Shown here one piece after another: positions 57,456 through 64,000 of a stretch of 64,000 nucleotides of DNA (position 1 is the first letter of the stretch; every line of letters starts with the position of its first letter). Position numbers and translations under genes: made by a program. The notes under the pieces are model-generated. The model saw nothing but the letters and a program-made list of their open reading frames with translations. It did not search any database and had not been told where the DNA came from. The stretch lies in IMG/VR virus record IMGVR_UViG_3300017971_000238. One strand, written 5' to 3'. The DNA comes from an uncultured virus (IMG/VR IMGVR_UViG_3300017971_000238). Its lineage: Duplodnaviria > Heunggongvirae > Uroviricota > Caudoviricetes.

Positions 57456-57677
57456 TTAAGATGGTATTGTTTGCATACCGTCCAGCGTCATTTCCTCCTT
57501 CTCCTCTTCCGTGAGGACTTTAAGCCACGGGTAAATGGAGTAGGCGTCATTTTTCTTGTCTTTCCAGAGCTCGCATATAACGTGCTCGTCTTGGTCCGTC
57601 TTGACGATAATGAGCATGTCGTTTACCAGCATGGCTCGTAGACGGTCAAACAATTCCTGCATTTCGGTTTCATTCAT
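57456..57677 (-). CDS. Hypothetical protein
   Basis: 73 aa; box and leader upstream. Confidence 0.55.
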   Translation of the reverse strand: MNETEMQELFDRLRAMLVNDMLIIVKTDQDEHVICELWKDKKNDAYSIYPWLKVLTEEEKEEMTLDGMQTIPS

Positions 57678-57756
57678 GGTATTTCACTCGTTTTTCTTGG
57701 GATCGATGGTTCACCCGTGTATTGGAAAAAATGGGAGGGTTGCTCCCGTAAATGGT

Positions 57757-59706
57757 TTACATTACCGCCTTGTACAGGTCCTTGAGAAACGTGGGATGCG
57801 TGAGCAACCTCACGAGGGTACTCTCGAAAAGGAATGCAAACTGGCGGTCGTGCCTCTTGTGGTGGCGATGGCATAGCTCGTGGACAACGTGGATGAACAT
57901 GACGAGGGCGGCCTTGCGCTTCGATTTTGGAAGCTTCGTGCCGTAGGCGTTGAGAGAGATGTGGTCTCCTTGTGACATGGCGATGACGTTCTTGTGGAAC
58001 TTGTTCTTGGACAGGAACAGCGTGGGAATCACGACCTCCCCGAAATACCCGTCCGAGTAATCCATGATGACGTTGGTGACCGCGAATAACGTGGCCCACT
58101 TGTGTCGCTGGATGGAAGGCGTGAATCGAACGGAATCGAGGTCTCCCACGGATTCATGGACGAGAACCGGGATTCCTTCTATTTCCTCGAATTTCCATGA
58201 TGGCTCGTCTTCAGGTTTTGCGTAATGGCCCTTGTTGGCAGCGGCCTTGAACATTTGAATGAGGGATGCCATGTCACCTTCCGCGATTGCCTTGAGTGTC
58301 TGGATGGTTGCTGGTCCTGCCTCTGCGCGGATGAAATTGCGGAAATCTGGCGGGGGACCGGGTAAGCGGCCAGCCATTCCTTTGTCACGGAGTTCATCGT
58401 GGATGTCTACCCAGTACCAGTCGGTGGAGATTAACTCCAGAAGCTCGTCATGGACGTAGGTGGCGATGAACGGGTCCATGAACTCGACGGAGGTGGTGAA
58501 GGCTTCAGAGATTTTAATAACACGCCAGTTAACGACGGATGCGGCGTCCTCCACGGTGGCACTGCCGAAAGGCTCGCCGTTTTCGACGTAGACGCCGATG
58601 ACCACGTTGGAAAATATCTCGGGTAATGGTGCGCCGAAGAAGATGGTGCCGAACGTGCGCATGTCCGAATTGTAGATGCGGGGCATGAGACGCCGGTACT
58701 GGCGTTGGTCGTCTGACTGGTAGGTGTTTAGGTCCTCGGTGAACGGTTCCATGCCCGCACGAAGGGCGATTTCGGTCATGGTGTCCATCCACTGGGAGAG
58801 CATGACGACCTCCCGGAAGGATTCCACCTTTCCAAGGGAGAGGCGGGGCGTCCCGAGGGTGAGCATCACGTTGTCGATGTACTCCTTGGCGAGGATGATG
58901 TAGGGCACGATGTCCTCGATGTCATCAACGGCGTCCTCGAGACGGTTGCGCTGCTGTTCTTCATACCAGCTCTTGATGTCCGACTCGATGTGCCACTTGA
59001 GGGAGGTGCGCTCGGTGTTGACGTACCTGATGTCCCCGATTATGATGGAACAGTTCAAGGTGGTGCCGCTGTACTTCACCGGGGAAACGGACTTGCCATC
59101 GGCAAGGAGGAACCCGTGGTACCGGGTGCCGTATTTTACCCAGCAATCGCTTTCTATTTCGGTGTAATCGTCCTTGTCGAAGGACAAGGTTTCGATTTCC
59201 CTGTCGTTGAAGACGATGGAAACGTCGGTGAGGAACTTGCGAAGCCAGACAGTTATTTCGGCATCCGACTTGGCGAGAATTTCGGAATCTGGCTTGAGGG
59301 ACACGAGGACCGACGTGCCATCGAGGGCCGTGTCAGTCCTTTCTATCGAGATGTTGTCCCACGTCTTCGCATCCATGATGAAGTTCCCGGATTTGACGAT
59401 GGTGTACTGTTCGAGGAACACCGCGGAGAAGCCCTTGCCGAAGTTCACGGCCTCGTCCTTGCCCGTGGTGCCGATTTCGAGAAAGAACCTGTCGAAGTCA
59501 TCCTCGTTTTCTACTGGATTGCCGTCGTTGGTGATGGTGAGGGTCTCTGCCTCGCGGTCGAGCTCGATGGTAACTTGCGTGGCGCCCTCTGCTTCTATGC
59601 CATTCTTGACCAGCTCGGACAGCACATCGCCGTCGAGCTGGGTGTTCACGTATCGCTCCATGTTCATGCGGAGCGCGGTTTTCTTGATTGTGGACATTTT
59701 ACTCAC
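57757..59706 (-). CDS. GHKL (Hsp90/MORC-type) ATPase fused to C-terminal HExxH metallo-domain
   Basis: ELVKNGIEA, ITNDG, GTTGK, FGKGF, GT.V; C-terminal HELCH...HDRQF. Confidence 0.75.
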   Translation of the reverse strand: MSKMSTIKKTALRMNMERYVNTQLDGDVLSELVKNGIEAEGATQVTIELDREAETLTITNDGNPVENEDDFDRFFLEIGTTGKDEAVNFGKGFSAVFLEQYTIVKSGNFIMDAKTWDNISIERTDTALDGTSVLVSLKPDSEILAKSDAEITVWLRKFLTDVSIVFNDREIETLSFDKDDYTEIESDCWVKYGTRYHGFLLADGKSVSPVKYSGTTLNCSIIIGDIRYVNTERTSLKWHIESDIKSWYEEQQRNRLEDAVDDIEDIVPYIILAKEYIDNVMLTLGTPRLSLGKVESFREVVMLSQWMDTMTEIALRAGMEPFTEDLNTYQSDDQRQYRRLMPRIYNSDMRTFGTIFFGAPLPEIFSNVVIGVYVENGEPFGSATVEDAASVVNWRVIKISEAFTTSVEFMDPFIATYVHDELLELISTDWYWVDIHDELRDKGMAGRLPGPPPDFRNFIRAEAGPATIQTLKAIAEGDMASLIQMFKAAANKGHYAKPEDEPSWKFEEIEGIPVLVHESVGDLDSVRFTPSIQRHKWATLFAVTNVIMDYSDGYFGEVVIPTLFLSKNKFHKNVIAMSQGDHISLNAYGTKLPKSKRKAALVMFIHVVHELCHRHHKRHDRQFAFLFESTLVRLLTHPTFLKDLYKAVM

Positions 59707-59768
59707 TCTGGTGTTTCTTGGGATGGTATTGCTTCACCCGTGGTTTGAAAAAAAGGGGGTTCTTCCCC

Positions 59769-60065
59769 CTAAATGTTTATGCCCAAGAAAGAGCAGTCAC
59801 GGCAGAAGTAGAGCCAGCCGTGGCCGTCTTCAGGGTCTCCCGTGTCCTGCTTGTGGACAAGGCACGTTTCTCCCTTGTTGATTTCCTTGTTGCAGTCCGC
59901 GCACGTGGCGCGGTGGGAGATGGCATCTATGAGGCGTATGTTGAATGGTGGCACTGGGTTCACCTTGATTCCGTGCTTGGCGATGTCGTGCAGGGAGTTG
60001 CTGATGTCCTGCAGGTTCATCTCGTAGGCGTCGAGCTTGTGGAGGAGGACGCGGTCAATCGGCAT
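59769..60065 (-). CDS. Zn-finger protein
   Basis: CADC...FCRDC. Confidence 0.5.
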   Translation of the reverse strand: MPIDRVLLHKLDAYEMNLQDISNSLHDIAKHGIKVNPVPPFNIRLIDAISHRATCADCNKEINKGETCLVHKQDTGDPEDGHGWLYFCRDCSFLGINI

Positions 60066-60354
60066 GGTCGATGTCCACCGCCGTTATGGTGAGGTAGAGC
60101 GTTGAATCCTTGGCGAACACTTCGGTGCTGATGATGCCAGCCTGTTGGAGTGCGGTGAGGAATTCCATGGTCTCGGTGGTAACGGTGTCGAGACCGATGG
60201 CTTCCTTGAGCGTGGAGGTGAAGAAATGCTCTTCACCGTCCTCGGTGTGTTTGAACGTGTCGAGGATGGATTGCTTGGACCAGTGGTGCGGTGGGAAGCC
60301 AAGGAATCCCTCAACGGCGTTGAGGGTATCGGCGAGTTCTCGTGGTACGTCCAT
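60055..60354 (-). CDS. Hypothetical protein
   Basis: 99 aa, coupled. Confidence 0.45.
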   Translation of the reverse strand: MDVPRELADTLNAVEGFLGFPPHHWSKQSILDTFKHTEDGEEHFFTSTLKEAIGLDTVTTETMEFLTALQQAGIISTEVFAKDSTLYLTITAVDIDHAD

Positions 60355-60582
60355 TCAGAACACCTCGTCTTGGCATGATGGGCACATGCCAGATATGTTG
60401 TATTCCCGGCGATATACCGGGTCCTTGCCCTTGAAAAGGGAGGGTGTTATTTCCCTGCGACAGGTGGTGCAGCGGTTGTTCCAGATGAGCTCCTTTACCT
60501 CGGGGTTGAAGCGGGCAAAGGGGCGCTGGCATAACTCGTACTTGCGGTCATCCGTCATGGGGATGTCGGTTGGTACGGACAT
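60355..60582 (-). CDS. Small Zn-finger protein of a common viral family
   Basis: CTTC...REYNISGMCPSCQDEVF. Confidence 0.6.
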   Translation of the reverse strand: MSVPTDIPMTDDRKYELCQRPFARFNPEVKELIWNNRCTTCRREITPSLFKGKDPVYRREYNISGMCPSCQDEVF

Positions 60583-60666
60583 TTTTACTCAGCTCGTGGT
60601 GTTAAAGGTGATGGAGATTCACCCGTGCGTTGTAACGTGTATAAAAAAAAGAGGGGGACGAGGTAT

Positions 60667-60813
60667 TTAAACTTTTGCTTTTTCCTCGACGGCGTCCTCG
60701 TCGCCAACGAGGTGGTGATGTTCGGGGTATATGCAGGCGATGCACTCGTGACGGAAATCGAGTGCGAGTGGACAGGCATCGTCGCATTCCCAGATGGTAC
60801 GTCCTTTAGTCAT
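60667..60813 (-). CDS. Small Cys/His peptide (48 aa)
   Basis: MTKGRTIWECDDAC...CIAC; overlaps the upstream stop. Confidence 0.35.
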   Translation of the reverse strand: MTKGRTIWECDDACPLALDFRHECIACIYPEHHHLVGDEDAVEEKAKV

Positions 60814-61432
60814 CGTCATCATCATACCAGTCATCGTCGTCGTCATCGTAGTAATAATCATCGTCGTCATCCCAATCGTCAAAATCATCATCGTCGTCGT
60901 CGGTGATGATTGGTTGGGTTTGTGGTTCGGTGGGTTTGATGACGGTGGAGACGAGCGATTCGAGGGCCTCGATGGTGGCGGTGGGGTTGGTGTGGACGGC
61001 GAGATCGGTGAGGTCACGGGCCTTGCGGCGGGTGTTGATGGATGAGATGGTGTTGAATGCGTCGGCGGCAGCGATTTGGGCGAATGGCCCGTATTGGGCG
61101 ATGGCAGCGTCACAGTGGAGGTTGGCGTGCAGGAAGTTCGCCGCCTCTATCTTGCAGTTGAGGGACTCGCGGAGGGCAACGACGAGTATTTTTTCGGTCT
61201 CGGGGACGGTTTCATCATCGAGACAGCAATTGAAGACAGGGTGGACATTCAGCTGGACGAATTCTCTGGCATCTTCAAGCATTTCCCCCAACTCGGCGAG
61301 CATGCCGAGGGTGGTGGATTCACCAGAGAAGTTCGTGGCGATGAAGTCAAGGGCTTCATCTGCTTGGAGGTTAGCCTCCCGGAGCATCTGGGCGGCCAAC
61401 AGGGTCTGGTTGGTGTTGTTTTGACTCAACAT
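60806..61432 (-). CDS. Helical protein with Asp/aromatic C-terminal tail
   Basis: Start MLSQNN after box and leader; tail DDDDDDFDDWDDDDDYYYDDDDDDWYDDDDD. Confidence 0.6.
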   Translation of the reverse strand: MLSQNNTNQTLLAAQMLREANLQADEALDFIATNFSGESTTLGMLAELGEMLEDAREFVQLNVHPVFNCCLDDETVPETEKILVVALRESLNCKIEAANFLHANLHCDAAIAQYGPFAQIAAADAFNTISSINTRRKARDLTDLAVHTNPTATIEALESLVSTVIKPTEPQTQPIITDDDDDDFDDWDDDDDYYYDDDDDDWYDDDDD

Positions 61433-61478
61433 GGTGTTCAACTCACTACTTGTGGGATGGTGGTGCTTCACCCGTGGA

Positions 61479-61736
61479 TTAAAAAGGGGAAAAAAGGGGA
61501 GGGTTATTTGATGCCACGGTGTTCGTGGGATGTTCTGGTGATTCGGCGTAGGGCATGAGCTCGGGTACGAGCTCGGACGGGAAGCCCACCTCGACTTCGT
61601 GGTAGTCATCGAGGTACGGGAGGTTGGTGCGCGGCGAGCAGTAATTGTCTTTGCTTCCTTGGACGGACATGGTGAGGCCGTCCGCGCAGGTGATGAGCGG
61701 GAAGTAATACCCGCTCTTCTTGATGTGGAGGCTCAT
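61479..61736 (-). CDS. Conserved viral hypothetical protein, possibly C-terminally truncated
   Basis: CADGLTMSVQGS...YCSPR...EVEVGFPS. Confidence 0.55.
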   Translation of the reverse strand: MSLHIKKSGYYFPLITCADGLTMSVQGSKDNYCSPRTNLPYLDDYHEVEVGFPSELVPELMPYAESPEHPTNTVASNNPPLFSPF

Positions 61737-62113
61737 GATATGTCGACCTCGATGGAGAGGCAGGGGTCGCCATCGTCGTCGGTGGTGGGTGCAATCCAGA
61801 GACAGCACGTCAAATCGACGGCGTCGCATCGCTCCTTGATGGAGGCGAGGAGGGCGACGTGTGTTTCCCGGATAACGTTCTGGAAAAACTGGACATGCTG
61901 GGGGAGGGAGTTCGGGCAAGAGGGAGTGGTACACCCGGTTGCCCCGTCGGTGCGGATGAATAACGGAGAGAAGCATTCATCACAATACCCGGGAATCGGG
62001 TCTTCGATGAGGAGGACGAGGTCCTGTTGGGCGCGGTAGATGCCGGGCAGTTCCTCGTTATCTAGGAGGGCGGAGAATTCCTCGGCGGCGATTTTCGCCA
62101 ATTGGTTTTTCAT
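61733..62113 (-). CDS. Hypothetical Zn-ribbon protein
   Basis: Start MKNQLAK; CDEC...CTTPSC. Confidence 0.5.
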   Translation of the reverse strand: MKNQLAKIAAEEFSALLDNEELPGIYRAQQDLVLLIEDPIPGYCDECFSPLFIRTDGATGCTTPSCPNSLPQHVQFFQNVIRETHVALLASIKERCDAVDLTCCLWIAPTTDDDGDPCLSIEVDIS

Positions 62114-62265
62114 GGTGTGCTCAACTCGTGCGGGATGCCAGAGTGGATGCATTACGGGGACGCACGACGGCTTTGCGGGGACACGTTGCCTTACCATGCA
62201 CGGACCCGTCTTTCCCGTGCATTCACTCTGGTATTTTCACCCGTGAATTAGAGAAGGGAAAAAGA

Positions 62266-62826
62266 TTAAAGATGGAGGGAATGCGCCTCGAGGAGGGCGA
62301 TTATGTATCGGGTGGTGATGCCCTCGCGGATGCGCTTGATTATGTGGGCGACTTCCTCCTCGGGAAACATGTTGTCGAGCTCGTCGAAGGCGCTGTCGAG
62401 AAGTTCTTTCTCGTGGTCTACATAGCAGGTGTTCCCGTGAATAGGGCGGGAGCACTGCGGGCAGCGGTTGATGCGCTCGATGAGATGGCACGAGGGGCAG
62501 TAGAGAACCTCGCCGCCTTGAATGTGTACGGGAGTGAGGGGGGAATGGGCGCATGATGCGCACTTGAGGGCGACGGGCTTCGTGTATCGAACGCCCTCTT
62601 GAAGGCGAGAAATGTCCTTGGGAGACATTTCTACCTTGTCTCCCGGTTCCACGTCCCAGAAGAGGCGGTCCCGTTGTATTTTCTTGGAGCGATGGCCCGT
62701 TGATTTCTTGGGAGTGGTGGTACGTGTCGGCTTGGCGGTCTCCTCGACGAGGCGCAGGAGGTAGGCGATTTTTTGCTCGTCGTCGGTGAAGGTGGCGAGC
62801 TTGTCGGATATTTGTTTCCTGTTCAT
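62266..62826 (-). CDS. Multi-CxxC Zn-finger protein
   Basis: Start MNRKQ after box and leader; CASC, CPSC, CPQC. Confidence 0.55.
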   Translation of the reverse strand: MNRKQISDKLATFTDDEQKIAYLLRLVEETAKPTRTTTPKKSTGHRSKKIQRDRLFWDVEPGDKVEMSPKDISRLQEGVRYTKPVALKCASCAHSPLTPVHIQGGEVLYCPSCHLIERINRCPQCSRPIHGNTCYVDHEKELLDSAFDELDNMFPEEEVAHIIKRIREGITTRYIIALLEAHSLHL

Positions 62827-62891
62827 GGTACTCAACTCGTGGTGAGGTGGTGCTTTCACCCGTGAATTAAAATGGAAAAATAAAGAGGGAT

Positions 62892-63746
62892 TTAGTTTTC
62901 GACGAGGAACTTGAAGGCGTCGTGCTGTTCCTCGTAGGCGTCTTTCTTTCGCTGGCGACTTTCTTTCGTGGAAGAGGTTCGGTGCAAGAGATGGAGGCCC
63001 GTCTCGTTGAGGACATTCCACTTGTCGCCCAACTGGAGGGCGATGCCTCGGTAGAGGAGGTATTGGGTGCAGTAGTGCAGGATTTTCCAGAGGTCGACGG
63101 GTTCCCGGGGTTGCTTGTCCGCATCCTTGTCGTTGTTGTACTTCTTGAGGTCGGTGTTGTACTCGGCCCACTTTTTCTGGGCCGCCTTCACGGCATCGAA
63201 TGCCTCGAGTGGCCCGAGCTTTTTGTAGAGGGCCTTGATAGCGGCCTCGCGGTTGGACTTGATGGTGAGGTCCTCGTTGAGGGCGTCTAGCTCGAAGATG
63301 GGAGGCGTGGGCATCGAATCAACGGAGCGCATCCCGCTCGGGTCGTACTCGGAATAGACCCACTTGGTTATCATGGCCTCGGTGATGATTTCCGCTTCGA
63401 TGGCTTCCACTGCCCACATGATCTGTGAAAATTTGGGCACTAGGAAGTCAAAGAACGAACCGTCGTTCATTATGAGCTCGGATGCGATGGCGAGGGACAG
63501 TTTTTGCATGTCCCCGGTGTTGTAGGCCTCGATAGCAGCGCTGAGGCGGTCGGCTTGGTCTAGCTGGATGATTTTCTTACCCCAAGTGCGCCCGCTGTAG
63601 AGCTCGGCGGGTGATAGGTTGTACGTTTCACCAGCGACGGTGATGGACGAGACGAAATAACTGAGGGCGGCGAGTAGCTCTTCCTTGTTGATGGTGCGGT
63701 CCTCGCTCATTATAGAGGAGGTGAATGTTTCTTGATAGGTGTCCAT
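62892..63746 (-). CDS. Hypothetical protein
   Basis: 284 aa; box and leader upstream. Confidence 0.6.
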   Translation of the reverse strand: MDTYQETFTSSIMSEDRTINKEELLAALSYFVSSITVAGETYNLSPAELYSGRTWGKKIIQLDQADRLSAAIEAYNTGDMQKLSLAIASELIMNDGSFFDFLVPKFSQIMWAVEAIEAEIITEAMITKWVYSEYDPSGMRSVDSMPTPPIFELDALNEDLTIKSNREAAIKALYKKLGPLEAFDAVKAAQKKWAEYNTDLKKYNNDKDADKQPREPVDLWKILHYCTQYLLYRGIALQLGDKWNVLNETGLHLLHRTSSTKESRQRKKDAYEEQHDAFKFLVEN

Positions 63747-63836
63747 TTTTAACTCAACTCGTGTGCGGTGGGTTAGACCGCGATTTCACCCGTGTATACG
63801 AAATGGAGGGGAGAAAAAAAATTACTTGAAAATAAA

Positions 63837-64000
63837 TCACGGGACGCGTTTTCCGGCAATTCGGGATGGGGAGACAGTGATCCCGGTAAGCAACCAGCGC
63901 TGGATGGTCTCGCCGGCTGCGTTACAGGTTTTCACCTCGCAGTGGAGGTGGCCGCCGATCCAGCAATCTGGATCGACGTAGATCACGATCGAGGGATACT
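63837..64000 (-). CDS. 3' end of a gene extending beyond the window
   Basis: Open frame ...YPSIVIYVDPDCWIGGHLHC...KRVP-stop. Confidence 0.4.
   Translation of the reverse strand, partial: YPSIVIYVDPDCWIGGHLHCEVKTCNAAGETIQRWLLTGITVSPSRIAGKRVP

Larger units (their letters stand above)
57710..63794 (-). repeat. Seven dispersed identical intergenic boxes CACGGGTGAA (+ strand TTCACCCGTG)
   Basis: 57710-19, 59733-42, 60618-27, 61467-76, 62236-45, 62855-64, 63785-94; all same orientation. Confidence 0.9.

Noticed and set aside
60794..61113. His/Thr/Val-rich alternative-frame ORFs and apparent trinucleotide repeat
   Set aside because: Shadows of the poly-Asp coding tract
57710..63794. CRISPR array interpretation of the repeated boxes (given a Cas4-like gene)
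   Set aside because: Repeats are only 10 bp and are separated by whole genes. No cas1/cas2 or regular repeat-spacer array seen; solo Cas4-like nucleases are common in archaeal viruses.
1..64000. Stop-codon reassignment
   Set aside because: Conserved genes are intact under the standard code, all three stop codons are used, and no suppressor tRNA was seen

Overview
This window looks like part of a large tailed dsDNA virus (or provirus) of an anaerobic archaeon, possibly an Asgard/Lokiarchaeia host. Archaeal evidence: BRE-TATA promoters, an intron-containing tRNA, archaeal-type RFC, PCNA and primase, and a TFB-like protein. Layout: (i) 1-9 kb, + strand: tail/receptor-binding and membrane genes. 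(ii) 9-40.5 kb, - strand: nucleotide metabolism (NrdD, NrdG, ThyX), a radical-SAM/glycosyltransferase/sulfatase-like cluster, and most of a replisome (PolB, sliding clamp, fused primase, SF2 helicase, RNase HI, ERCC4 and Cas4-like nucleases, Sak4-like ATPase, SSB-like protein). (iii) 40.6-46.3 kb, + strand: RFC large and small subunits and a second DNA methylase. (iv) 46.3-64 kb, - strand: small, probably early genes. Three signals stand out. (1) Five unrelated proteins, including PolB and RFC-L, end in the same non-canonical motif [DN]PF[GAE][DE]F-stop, a candidate virus-specific clamp-docking code. (2) Seven identical, co-oriented intergenic CACGGGTGAA boxes plus a GAG(T)TGAG leader divide the early region into cassettes, and a structured intergenic element carries both motifs inverted. 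(3) tRNAs and tRNA-like minihelices or cloverleaves sit at gene junctions, several within 0-4 nt of a stop codon, suggesting tRNA-punctuation processing. All calls come from motif recognition by eye; no database searches or folding programs were run.
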